Both the position numbers and the translations under genes were made by a program. Shown in pieces: positions 8,411 to 17,545 of a stretch of 46,345 bases of DNA. How positions within the stretch are numbered: position 1 is the first letter of the stretch; each line of letters begins with the position of its first letter. The notes below the pieces were generated by a model. The model had not been told where the DNA came from. It saw only the letters and a list, made by a program, of their open reading frames with translations, and did not search any database. This stretch comes from a candidate division WOR-3 bacterium (GTDB lineage Bacteria; Hydrothermota; Tepidihabitantia; B3-TA06). The stretch lies in contig CBFGKC010000002.1 of NCBI GenBank assembly GCA_965649265.1, positions 60,655-106,999 on the forward strand, in the 5' to 3' direction.

Positions 8411-9694
8411 CTAAAAAGGGAAATCCGGCAGGATAATCGTCGCTTCTCTCTCCTCGCCTACCGATATGAACCAGATAGGTATTCCGATCTCCCTCGAGAT
8501 TCGATTAAGGTAATCCCTTGAAGCCTCTGGAAGGTCGTCAAAGGACCTTGCGTCTACCGTCGAGGTTTGCCACCCTTTGACTTCGTCATAAATGGGTTCT
8601 CCGGGTGCTTCTTCCCAGGGGGCAAGAATATCTGATATGCGCCCGCCTCGTTTGCGGTAACCGGTGCAGAATTTAATCGTCTCGAAGCTGTCAAGAACGT
8701 CGAGCTTGGTTACTGCCAGAGCGTCGACACCGTTAAGCCTTACCGCATATCTGAGCATGGGTAAATCCAGCCATCCACAGCGCCGCCTGCGTCCAGTTGC
8801 AGCACCAAACTCGTTACCCAGCTTCTGAAGCTCGGCTTCTACTTCACCAGTCGCCTCTGTAGGGAAAGGACCGGATCCTACACGCGTAGCATATGCCTTT
8901 GTGAGCCCGAGAACGTTTGCAACAGTCTTCGGGGATACTCCGACGTATGAAGGAATTGATGCGGCGCCCGTATTTGAAGATGTAACAAAAGGATACGAAC
9001 CGTGATCTACATCCAGAAGAACACCTTGTGCCCCTTCGAAAAGAACGCCTTTGTCTTTTTGAAGAGACCGATAGACTTCCATCGATACATCGGCGACAAG
9101 CCCTTCTAATTTTTCGCGAAGCAAAAGAAGAGAATCAAGTATTTCTTTCTTCTTGAGCGGTTTTTCGTCATATACCCTTTCGAGTATAGGATTAATATTA
9201 TTAAGCTGCAAGTCAATACGATCTCCGAGCGAGTGAGAAAAGAGATCCGCAACCCTGATACCGAATCGTGAAAATTTCTCTTCGTAACAAGGACCTATTC
9301 CCTTTGCGGTTGTGCCGATTCTATCCTTCCCTCTTGCCTCATCACGAAGCCTGTCTAAAAGCATATGATGTGGAAGAATCAGGTGAACGCGCGGATCTAT
9401 TATGATTCTGGAAAGATGCTCAATACCGCATGCGTCAAGCTTTTCCCATTCACTAAAAAGGGTCGGTGGGTGAAGCACACATCCCGCCGCTATTGCAAGT
9501 TTGATATTAGGATTGAGAACCCCGGCAGGCATCTGCTGAAAAACCCATTTTTCTCCATTCACGACAACGGTATGACCGGCATTCGGCCCGCCTTGATAAC
9601 GTACATCCAAATCAAAGCGGGCCGAAATTAAATCAACGAGCTTGCCTTTGCCCTCGTCACCCCACTGCAATCCGATAAGGGCAAGACTCTTCAA
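8411..9694 (-). CDS. purA: adenylosuccinate synthetase
   Basis: QWGDEGKGK, RYQGGPNAGHT, IGTT.KGIGP, FEGAQG, YPFVTSS, TGRRRRCGWLD, TKLDVL. Confidence 0.97.
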   Translation of the reverse strand: MKSLALIGLQWGDEGKGKLVDLISARFDLDVRYQGGPNAGHTVVVNGEKWVFQQMPAGVLNPNIKLAIAAGCVLHPPTLFSEWEKLDACGIEHLSRIIIDPRVHLILPHHMLLDRLRDEARGKDRIGTTAKGIGPCYEEKFSRFGIRVADLFSHSLGDRIDLQLNNINPILERVYDEKPLKKKEILDSLLLLREKLEGLVADVSMEVYRSLQKDKGVLFEGAQGVLLDVDHGSYPFVTSSNTGAASIPSYVGVSPKTVANVLGLTKAYATRVGSGPFPTEATGEVEAELQKLGNEFGAATGRRRRCGWLDLPMLRYAVRLNGVDALAVTKLDVLDSFETIKFCTGYRKRGGRISDILAPWEEAPGEPIYDEVKGWQTSTVDARSFDDLPEASRDYLNRISREIGIPIWFISVGEEREATIILPDFPF

Positions 9695-9698
9695 ATCG

Positions 9699-10853
9699 TC
9701 AGAATGTGTAGGTCAACGAGAACTTCCTGTTTGTGGTTGGAAAATCGTAGATGTTCTCGTCAATACCTATATCAAGCTGGAATCCTGCGTATTTTACACC
9801 AGCACCAAAAGTGACCCCGACCTTACTCAACTTGCCGTGTTCATCAAAAAGAAACGGGATTAGACCTATGTGTTCATCGAAGTTGTTTTCATCCCGGACA
9901 AAGAATCCTCCGCGTGCACCGGTTTTATCAAAGAAGTACCCGGCACGCAAAGTTAAGATCTCCTTGAAAACGGTCAGTTCCAAACCTATGCTTCGCCAGC
10001 TTTCAGCTATTTCATAGGCTAATTCCTGCCCGAAAGTCATAGAATCCACTTCGGGGGGGTCTATTGCGAACATACCTACAAGGCTTTTTGATACATCGGA
10101 AGTCAATCGCAGACCCACGATCTCATATCGATTCTGACCGGTATCTTTCGACATAATAGATAGAGGTTTGTAAGTGGCTCCGAGCCTGAGAGTGAAAGGC
10201 AGGGGATCAGGATCCGAATTCCCGGAAAAAGAGATAGGGGGACCAAGGTTCTGCAAATCCAAGCCTAACTGGAAATTATTGAAAGGCTTGTATAGCACAC
10301 CTGCGTCAACAGCCCACGAAACCGCTTGTCCCTTAGTTCCGGCCAATTCTGGAAAAAGATCAATGACCCATTTTGGGGCAAGGAATGAGTAAATGAACTT
10401 TACTCCCCCACCTAAGCCGACTTTCGGAGTCAACTCTCTTCCGTAGGCTAAACCAAGCGAAAAATCAAATGTTGTATAGGTTCCAATTTGCTGGCCGTTC
10501 TGTACAACAGGGGTTTCACCGGTTGTCAAGTAAATAGCGTTGAAAGAAAAAGTTCCGATTTTTGTGAACGGAGAAGACACCGCCAGATACTCGTAATACA
10601 TATCAGGCGCAAGTCCTGTGAGCCAGTTTACGTGCATGATGGACAGGTTTACCTTATCCTGGAATCCTAATCCTCCGGGGTTATAATAGGCTGCTGAGGC
10701 ATCGTCAGCAATAGCCGTATACGAACCCCCTAATGCCGTTGGTCTCGAACCGGGCCAGATAGTTAAAAAGACTGCACCTGGGCGATGTTTAGCCGCCGCT
10801 CCAAGCAGCCCGAACGTTAGGACCAATAGCAATGCTGTTCTTTTAAGCATCAA
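9699..10853 (-). CDS. PorV/PorQ-family outer-membrane beta-barrel protein
   Basis: Signal peptide; FLTIWPGSRPTALG, AIADDASAAYYNPGGL, HVNWL, QNLGP, PLPFTLRLG, LRAGYF; C-terminal F. Confidence 0.85.
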   Translation of the reverse strand: MMLKRTALLLVLTFGLLGAAAKHRPGAVFLTIWPGSRPTALGGSYTAIADDASAAYYNPGGLGFQDKVNLSIMHVNWLTGLAPDMYYEYLAVSSPFTKIGTFSFNAIYLTTGETPVVQNGQQIGTYTTFDFSLGLAYGRELTPKVGLGGGVKFIYSFLAPKWVIDLFPELAGTKGQAVSWAVDAGVLYKPFNNFQLGLDLQNLGPPISFSGNSDPDPLPFTLRLGATYKPLSIMSKDTGQNRYEIVGLRLTSDVSKSLVGMFAIDPPEVDSMTFGQELAYEIAESWRSIGLELTVFKEILTLRAGYFFDKTGARGGFFVRDENNFDEHIGLIPFLFDEHGKLSKVGVTFGAGVKYAGFQLDIGIDENIYDFPTTNRKFSLTYTF

Positions 10854-10885
10854 TTATCGACCTCCTTAACGGTCATTATGGATTA

Positions 10886-10914
10886 AGTATAGAATAATAT
10901 TACTCTCATGTCAA
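10886..10914 (-). promoter_or_regulatory. sigma70 promoter of porV-like/purA/queH operon
   Basis: Minus strand TTGACA-17 bp-TATACT. Confidence 0.7.
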
Positions 10915-10918
10915 GCTA

Positions 10919-10935
10919 AGCAATATACGTGCCAA
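10919..10935 (-). promoter_or_regulatory. sigma54 (-24/-12) promoter
   Basis: Minus strand TTGGCACG-TATA-TTGCT matches YTGGCACG-N4-TTGCW. Confidence 0.7.
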
Positions 10936-11050
10936 CCCCTTTCTTGTAAGTATAAAATAAAAAAGAAATTAGAGCGGTTGCTCTCAGACATCGCGTAATC
11001 CACTATCTTAAATGTGCAATTTCATATACTTAATAGTTAAAAAAGGAAAC

Positions 11051-11079
11051 TTGACAGATTGAAAGCCTTTGAATAGACT
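11051..11079 (+). promoter_or_regulatory. sigma70 promoter, probably giving a leaderless mRNA
   Basis: TTGACA-17 bp-TAGACT, 6 nt before ATG 11086. Confidence 0.7.
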
Positions 11080-11085
11080 TCAGGC

Positions 11086-12075
11086 ATGAGTAACAGGTTT
11101 CGAGTAATTACGTTGTTCACAATATTCTTATGTAGTTGTGCGCGCCAAGGAACAATACCAAATACCGATCGATTCCCCCCCCATCTGTTAACCGTGGTTT
11201 CCCCCGTTCAAAATGAAGTTCACCTGACATTTGATGAGAAGTTGAATCCTTCCGCAATCCTTCTTGAAAGTTTCAAGTTAACCTCACCTGTGGACACTCC
11301 AAGTATCAGATTCATTACTTCAGGTACCGGAGATTTTAAAAAAATTATCCTTTTTACCTCTGCTCTTGAGTCACAAACATATGAGATTTCTGGATTGGTG
11401 GTTGACGAAAATAATAATTCTTCGACCATTCGAGCAAAATTCAGGCCTTCGGCAAATCGAGACACTTTCCCACCAAATATCTTTTTTTCTCCAAGTGATA
11501 CACAAACTACTTTTCCCTTCAGAGTCAGTCTGCTTTCAAATGAACCGGTTGATACATCACGAGGATGGAACATTATCTCAATTCCTTATTCGCCATCAAC
11601 TTCGATTTTTTGGAGAAAAGATCTGAACCGCTTGGAGATAGCGGCTACAGACTCGTCCCTTAAGACTCATCCCTTTTATCTTGTGTTAATTCCAGGCATC
11701 AGAGATTATGCAGGAAACCGGCTTAAAACAGGTCTTTCCACTTTCATTTACCCCGACACGCTTTCTAAGCTCTTCAAAATTTCGGGCCATATAAAAACTG
11801 AGGGATACGATCCTTCAGGCTACATGCTTATTCTATTAAAAGCCGAAGAAAAAGTCATTGCGGGCACCCTGGCAGATTCAACAGGCTTTTTTTCGTTGAA
11901 CTGCGAATTGCCAGATTCTTTCAAAATAGAGGCATGGGTCGATTGCGAATCCGACGGCCTATTTGATGAAGCAGGGAACCGTACCTATACATCTTTACCG
12001 GATAGCATTGAACTATCAACAACAAGGCTCTCTTCACCGCGTTCGCTAAAACAAATCGTACAAGAAAACCAGTGA
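11086..12075 (+). CDS. lipoprotein with Ig-like (Big_5-like) domains
   Basis: Lipobox-like LCSC; two D-x-FPP-initiated beta-rich units with LTFDEKLN / LLSNEPVD and GIRDYAGN. Confidence 0.6.
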   Translation: MSNRFRVITLFTIFLCSCARQGTIPNTDRFPPHLLTVVSPVQNEVHLTFDEKLNPSAILLESFKLTSPVDTPSIRFITSGTGDFKKIILFTSALESQTYEISGLVVDENNNSSTIRAKFRPSANRDTFPPNIFFSPSDTQTTFPFRVSLLSNEPVDTSRGWNIISIPYSPSTSIFWRKDLNRLEIAATDSSLKTHPFYLVLIPGIRDYAGNRLKTGLSTFIYPDTLSKLFKISGHIKTEGYDPSGYMLILLKAEEKVIAGTLADSTGFFSLNCELPDSFKIEAWVDCESDGLFDEAGNRTYTSLPDSIELSTTRLSSPRSLKQIVQENQ

Positions 12076-13883
12076 AACCCTTTAATTGGATCACAAGAGG
12101 TTTGCTCTTATCGGGAATGGTTTTGCTTTTTATACCAGAAATAACTCTCCCATTGCCCGGAGTAAAACCATCAGTAATTGTCCTGATCGATGCTTCCCGA
12201 AGTATGGATGAAAAAAACAAGGTTCAAATGCTGAAAGATCTCTTGAGCAACCTTGAACATCTCAAGTCAGGATTCTCATTTCGAATATATGAGTTCGGTG
12301 ATTCACTGGCGACTTCCGCTTCGTTTTCCAACATCAGGTTAGACAATAAAAAAACAGATATAGGAAAAACCCTTGATGGGCTTCAAGTTGAAAACGCAGA
12401 AGCAGTTCTCCTTATTAGCGACGGGAGACATAATGGTCATATCGATCCGGCACTCATAAGACTAAAGGTTCCTCTATGGACATTTGCCGTAGGACAAGAC
12501 AACCTGCCTGATTTAGCTGTAGAAGAAATATCTTTTGATAATGACACCGCCTCACATACGAAAATAAATCTGAGAATAAGATTAAGATCGAATCTAAAGG
12601 AGCCCATTTACAGAAATTTGGAAATATACTCTCAAGAAAAAATTCTGCAGAAGGTTGAGGTCAACCTAACCCCACAGAAACTTACAGAAATCAATGTGCC
12701 TGTATTTGTTAATGACACGATAACCACTTTAAAAATACGACTCGATTCTATTCCGAATGAGGATCGTACAGACAATAACGTTCAATATTTCAGAGTTGTT
12801 TCGGGAAGAGACAAAATAAGACTGCTATTCGTATCCAATCTAATTACTGATGATACAAGAGAGTTGCTTCGTACACTTCGAGAGATGCCCAGGTTTTCGC
12901 TATCGACAAGATTAGAACTCACCTCGGGAAAATTTTCAGGTGACGCCGTGCTAAACCCCCAGGTCATTCTTGTAGGGCCGCTCGGACCAAATCTTTCGAC
13001 ACCGACAAAGAATCTATTGAATAATAACCTTAACAAAGGTACGCCGGTTCTATTCGTGAATTCTGCACAAAACCTTCCGGCAGAGCTACAGCACTTTTTG
13101 CCTTTGAAGGAGGTTTCTCCAGGAACAACCCGAAATGTTTCTACGACCCTGTCGGATATACTTTTACGCGAGTGGGAACCACTACCAGTCAATGCAGGCG
13201 ATAGGAATTATGTCGCAACGAGCGGAACCGACATTGTTTACTCAAAAAACAAAACCGGCTTCATATCTGCGGCAAAAACCCCCGTACATTCCATGGCAAT
13301 GGAGTTTCCAGACCTTGGATCGCAGATAAAACTGAACAGAAAAGGGTTCGAATCTTTTCTTGAATCCTCTCTCCTTTATACAATGGACTCGGGTACGTTT
13401 CCTTTCAGTATCCGTATCGAAGACTTCAAGGATGGACATGTCAAAGCAACGCTTTATTCAGAGGTTCCGGTTCAGACAAACGATCTTGTAGCATGGCTTA
13501 GTCCTGACTCATTTCCTTTGAGTATCTCGCCTGTCACCTCCAAGTCTTTCAACGTGGAAGGCATGAGCTCAACAGGTACTTACGCAGTCAATATCGCCTG
13601 GCATGGTAAACGGTACTTATTCAAAGAAAAAATTGATGTATTTGAACCCGTTCAAGAGTCTCCATCGCGTGGAGCAAACTACGAACTCTTGAAACAATTG
13701 GCTCAGAATAATAAGGGTGAATTCATCAGTGACGTAAAGGATATACAAGGTTTTGTATCCTCACTACCCAAGGGAAAGGCCGCCACTCGGTTTAAACCAA
13801 TTGAAAACCCCTATTTCGTGGTCCTGATCGGATCACTTTTACTCTTGGAGATATGGCAAAGACGAAAAAACGGTTTGCCCTGA
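12072..13883 (+). CDS. VWA (MIDAS) domain membrane protein
   Basis: N-terminal TM, LIDASRSM (DxSxS), TDIG, LLISDGRHN, CARDB-like E..TDNN, C-terminal TM ending LLLEIWQRRKNGLP. Confidence 0.75.
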   Translation: MKPFNWITRGLLLSGMVLLFIPEITLPLPGVKPSVIVLIDASRSMDEKNKVQMLKDLLSNLEHLKSGFSFRIYEFGDSLATSASFSNIRLDNKKTDIGKTLDGLQVENAEAVLLISDGRHNGHIDPALIRLKVPLWTFAVGQDNLPDLAVEEISFDNDTASHTKINLRIRLRSNLKEPIYRNLEIYSQEKILQKVEVNLTPQKLTEINVPVFVNDTITTLKIRLDSIPNEDRTDNNVQYFRVVSGRDKIRLLFVSNLITDDTRELLRTLREMPRFSLSTRLELTSGKFSGDAVLNPQVILVGPLGPNLSTPTKNLLNNNLNKGTPVLFVNSAQNLPAELQHFLPLKEVSPGTTRNVSTTLSDILLREWEPLPVNAGDRNYVATSGTDIVYSKNKTGFISAAKTPVHSMAMEFPDLGSQIKLNRKGFESFLESSLLYTMDSGTFPFSIRIEDFKDGHVKATLYSEVPVQTNDLVAWLSPDSFPLSISPVTSKSFNVEGMSSTGTYAVNIAWHGKRYLFKEKIDVFEPVQESPSRGANYELLKQLAQNNKGEFISDVKDIQGFVSSLPKGKAATRFKPIENPYFVVLIGSLLLLEIWQRRKNGLP

Positions 13884-14629
13884 TCGGGCTTTTTATAATA
13901 ACTCTAGCGTGCTCTCTCGCACAAGCGGAAGAAAGAAAAGCAGGAGTTCTGGAATCATCTTCTGCTTTAAATCTTGACATAACCAGGGTCGACAATAGTG
14001 ATTCTGTAACCAGCGATCCTAAAATCCCGAAGAAAACTGAGGGCTTGAGCGAGCGTTTTGCATCCGTCCTCAAGAGCGGAGGGCTTGGACCGCGTCTTGT
14101 GGTGCTTTTACTTGCAATGACACCTGTTTCCGAACTCAGAGGAGCCGTAATCCTTGGTATTGTGGCTTACAAGTTGCCATGGCTTGAAACCGCTCTTATT
14201 GCCCTTGCAGGTAATCTTATACCTATAATACCCATTCTTTTATTTCTTAACGCCATTATGCGCCTTTTGGGCAAAATCAAATTCTTCAGTAGGATTTTCG
14301 ATTGGCTAAGAACAAGGGCTCAAAAGAAAGGCGGATTAATTGAACGATATGAATATCTCGGATTATTCCTTTTCGTCGCGGTGCCACTGCCTATAACAGG
14401 AGGATGGACTGGCGCATTGATAGCGTCGGTTCTCCGTCTCCCGTTTTGGCCGTCGTTCATCTCAATTGTGCTTGGAGTTCTTACCGCAGATATTCTGGTC
14501 ACGTCCTTTGCAATTTTAGGCTGGTTAGGATTGATCTCTGCAGCTATCATTTTGCCAGTGCTGTGGCTCTTTTCAAATTGGCTGGAGAAAAGAGGCATAA
14601 GGAAAAAACAAGCCCAATCTAAATCTTGA
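13853..14629 (+). CDS. COG2426 putative small multidrug export-family membrane protein
   Basis: AMTPVSELRGAV, GLFLFVAVPLPITGGWTGAL; extra N-terminal signal-like segment. Confidence 0.85.
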   Translation: MAKTKKRFALIGLFIITLACSLAQAEERKAGVLESSSALNLDITRVDNSDSVTSDPKIPKKTEGLSERFASVLKSGGLGPRLVVLLLAMTPVSELRGAVILGIVAYKLPWLETALIALAGNLIPIIPILLFLNAIMRLLGKIKFFSRIFDWLRTRAQKKGGLIERYEYLGLFLFVAVPLPITGGWTGALIASVLRLPFWPSFISIVLGVLTADILVTSFAILGWLGLISAAIILPVLWLFSNWLEKRGIRKKQAQSKS

Positions 14630-14660
14630 GAATAAGTGCAAAAACTCTTAGGGGAAGAAA

Positions 14661-14735
14661 CGGAGCCGACGAGACTCGAACTCGCGACCTCTAGCGTGAC
14701 AGGCTAGCGTTCTAACCAAACTGAACTACGGCTCC
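14661..14735 (-). tRNA. tRNA-Asp (GTC), CCA not encoded
   Basis: Minus strand GGAGCCG...CTAGC-CTGTCAC-GCTAG...GCGAG-TTCGAGT-CTCGT-CGGCTCC-G. Confidence 0.97.
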
Positions 14736-14778
14736 TTAATAAATAAACTACTTACTACAAGATCCCGTAAGGAGTGTA

Positions 14779-14806
14779 ATTATATAAACAAGAAGGCCCG
14801 TGTCAA
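14779..14806 (-). promoter_or_regulatory. sigma70 promoter of tRNA-Asp
   Basis: Minus strand TTGACA-16 bp-TATAAT. Confidence 0.75.
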
Positions 14807-14822
14807 GCAACACGAGCCTTCT
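14791..14822 (-). terminator. terminator of the exbB-exbD-exbD-tonB operon
   Basis: Minus strand AGAAGGCTCGTG-8 nt-CACGGGCCTTCT (one G-U pair) followed by TGTTT. Confidence 0.7.
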
Positions 14823-14852
14823 CGTTATTTCTAATTCGCCTAAAGAAGGTTA

Positions 14853-15686
14853 TTACTGAAACACAAATTCGACACGAGCGTATTCAGGAACCTCCTGAAC
14901 GTTGATTTTTGTGTTGTAAAGCCGGGCATCCAGATAACTTTTCGCAGCTTCAGCGATATAAGTATCGGAGGCCTTGATAAGGATACTTGTAAATCCTTTC
15001 TCTTTCAAACGATTAAGTACATACTGGTAGTAATTGGCAACCTTTTCCGAAACAGCACCCGGATCATAAGATGCGATCTCTGCTTCCTTAACTGCGACAA
15101 CGTTTTCGTAAGCTATGCCGTTAAGGTCTATAGGGCGGCCAATCTTTCTCATCTGCGAACCATCTTTGGTGTTCAACATGATTATAAAAGAATAGACATC
15201 ACCAACAGCCATCATCTGACTGGGATCATCTCCCCTGCCGTCCCAGCTTACGGTTGTAGGCAGGGAACCTGTGCCTTGCAATGTCCTGAAACTGTTTCCA
15301 CGTGCATCAAGGATGTTTATAGACCAGCTGGCAATGTTGCGTTCCTGATAGGAAGATACGTCAATAGCCAATGTTTGACGATCAAGATCAAAAAAGGAAG
15401 TTACATTAACGGGCACACGTAAAAGGAAAGGGTCCGCCATAAAAGTGCTTCGGCCTACCGATTTTTCTACCTGCATTATGAGGTTATCATCAAGGATGAA
15501 GCGGGTGGAACCAAGCATGATACCTACCGGCTGATAAGGATCAATCTCGTAGTAGAAAGCCTTAGGCTTGTACTCGACTAATCCTGAAGCCGTGACTTCC
15601 TGGATTATTTGATTTCCCTGCGCCAATAGGAGCCCTGTGGGCAACAAAACTGCTGCGCAGAAAACAGCAACAAGTATCCTTTTCAA
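14853..15686 (-). CDS. exported protein with FlgD-Ig-like domain and possible degenerate OmpA-like C-terminus
   Basis: Signal peptide ..LLA|Q; WSINILDARGNSFRTLQGTGSLPTTVSWDG; tail AEAAKSYL...ARVEFVFQ. Confidence 0.6.
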   Translation of the reverse strand: MKRILVAVFCAAVLLPTGLLLAQGNQIIQEVTASGLVEYKPKAFYYEIDPYQPVGIMLGSTRFILDDNLIMQVEKSVGRSTFMADPFLLRVPVNVTSFFDLDRQTLAIDVSSYQERNIASWSINILDARGNSFRTLQGTGSLPTTVSWDGRGDDPSQMMAVGDVYSFIIMLNTKDGSQMRKIGRPIDLNGIAYENVVAVKEAEIASYDPGAVSEKVANYYQYVLNRLKEKGFTSILIKASDTYIAEAAKSYLDARLYNTKINVQEVPEYARVEFVFQ

Positions 15687-15696
15687 TGCGTCCTCC

Positions 15697-16668
15697 TTAG
15701 GTCAGAATGAATCTGAAGGTAATTACTGCTACTCGTTTTGCAACACCGTTGGTTGCCGGTTTGAATTTCCAACGAGCAAGGGTTGATTTAACCTGGGCAT
15801 CCCAGTCAGGATAACCGGTACTCTTTGACACAATCATAGTTGGCGATACGTTGCCCGAAGCATCAGCTGAGAATTGAATGCTCACTGTGACGTTACTCAA
15901 ACCCTTCTGTCTTGCCCACGGTGGAAACGCAGGCATCGGGCTAGAAAGGATATCTGAACCAGAAAGGTCACCAGAAAGGGAGTAGCCCGATTTCTGGCTT
16001 CCTGCGGCCTGGGCTGCGTCATCGGAGTTCGATTCCGTGGCAACCATGGTGGGCTTCTTTATCGCTTCTTGACCAAGTTGTGTAGCACCAGTGTTGAGTT
16101 CAATAGGACTACCTCCGGAAGCAGCTATCTTTTCAAAAGGACTCATATTACCGACGCCTCCGGTACCCCTTTGAAGATTGATAGGGGCCTGCGAAAGAAT
16201 CTCTTCCGTTGAAACCTTGGCGTTGGGATTTATCCTGATAACGTCACCGGAAAAACTCGCCTGACTCTTGTCCAGGGAAAAGTTGTCTACGGTCATCTTT
16301 GCCTGCGAGGTAAACTTCCCCGCACTAAGATCGATTGGCGCGGCCTCATCAGCACCGGTAGGACTGGAAAGGAACTGCTGCTCCCGTTGGACAATCTGCT
16401 GTGCCTTGGGCGGAAGTGTTTCATCATATGAAGTCACTTCAGTCAAAGTGGCATCGCTTTCGGCGACCTTCAATCCACCAAAGGTCCCCAGGGCAAACAG
16501 GAAGATCAATACGTGCAATATAATAGAAGAAGCCAATCCTATCCAGAGACGTTTGTTTGAAAACATCTCTACTAGACCCTTACCGGTATTAGCAAAGGCC
16601 CGCCCCCATGCATTAGCCCATTCTTTCGGGTTAAAGCTACTTATCTGGAAACCCAGTATGTTAGCCAT
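15697..16668 (-). CDS. tonB: TonB-family energy transducer
   Basis: TM with SxxxH (SIILH); C-terminal PAFPPWARQKG..VSIQF..KSTGYPDWD..RWKFKPA..ITFRF. Confidence 0.85.
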   Translation of the reverse strand: MANILGFQISSFNPKEWANAWGRAFANTGKGLVEMFSNKRLWIGLASSIILHVLIFLFALGTFGGLKVAESDATLTEVTSYDETLPPKAQQIVQREQQFLSSPTGADEAAPIDLSAGKFTSQAKMTVDNFSLDKSQASFSGDVIRINPNAKVSTEEILSQAPINLQRGTGGVGNMSPFEKIAASGGSPIELNTGATQLGQEAIKKPTMVATESNSDDAAQAAGSQKSGYSLSGDLSGSDILSSPMPAFPPWARQKGLSNVTVSIQFSADASGNVSPTMIVSKSTGYPDWDAQVKSTLARWKFKPATNGVAKRVAVITFRFILT

Positions 16669-16679
16669 TTTAATCTCCT

Positions 16680-17111
16680 TTATCCTTCGGTGGGCGATTT
16701 CTTGCTAGCCTTGGTCGACAAGGCTACACGCTGTGCTCCCGCTTCTCTAACCATTGAAAGAAGATCCATAACCCATTGGGAAGGAACCGATTTATCCGCT
16801 CGGATTACGATAAGGTAGTATGGGTCCGCACTCATCTTGTTGCTTATGGCGCGTTCAATAGCAGGCTGAGGCAATAACGAATCGTTTAGATATAGATTCC
16901 TGGTTCCGCTTGGGTCCACCTGAAGTGCAAGAGTAAGATTCTCCTCAGTTTTACGCTCCATTGTATTTGCATAAGGAACTTCAACCGGCACATTTTCGTG
17001 GGTCAGAAGCTGGTTTGCAGTCATCATCATCATGAGAACGACCAGAAGCGCCACGCCTGCCATTGGAATGATGTTAGGCACAAGGCCACGACTCTCTTTT
17101 TTTGAAGGCAT
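16680..17111 (-). CDS. exbD: ExbD/TolR-family protein lacking the conserved TM Asp
   Basis: PNIIPMAGVALLVVLMMMMTA TM, VEVP.A, IVIRADKSVP..WVMDLL...GA.RVAL. Confidence 0.85.
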   Translation of the reverse strand: MPSKKESRGLVPNIIPMAGVALLVVLMMMMTANQLLTHENVPVEVPYANTMERKTEENLTLALQVDPSGTRNLYLNDSLLPQPAIERAISNKMSADPYYLIVIRADKSVPSQWVMDLLSMVREAGAQRVALSTKASKKSPTEG

Positions 17112-17545
17112 CAGCCGCCTCCTTCTTCAAGAGGTCTGCCGCGAAGAAGGGCAAGCTTTCCTGCCTTCTTTTCTTTGGCCATGTCTAATATTTCCACGAC
17201 TGCTCCGTGGGAAACGGCGCCGTCGGCACGAACGACAACCAGCTTGTCAACGCTGCGCTGGAGCAAAAGTTCCACGAGTGACGGTATCTTTGCTTTTTCG
17301 ACCTGTTCGTCGTTGAGAAAATATGATCCGTCGGCCCTTATGTAAATGGAGACTTTGAACTCGCTTCCGGCATCCGAGCCTCCAACCACGGCAACGCCCG
17401 GAGCCTTCACGAAGATTCCGCTCTCGAGAAGCGCCGGAAGCGTTACTATGAAGAAGATGACAAGACTCAGCGCCACGTCAACAAGCGAAGTTATGTTCGC
17501 CTGTCCAGCCGCATGAGATCTTTTGTCAGGCTTTCGGATTTTCAT
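17111..17545 (-). CDS. exbD: ExbD/TolR-family protein
   Basis: NITSLVDVALSLVIFFIVT, VVVRADGAVSHGAVVEILD; start 17545 (ATG) or 17554. Confidence 0.9.
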   Translation of the reverse strand: MKIRKPDKRSHAAGQANITSLVDVALSLVIFFIVTLPALLESGIFVKAPGVAVVGGSDAGSEFKVSIYIRADGSYFLNDEQVEKAKIPSLVELLLQRSVDKLVVVRADGAVSHGAVVEILDMAKEKKAGKLALLRGRPLEEGGG

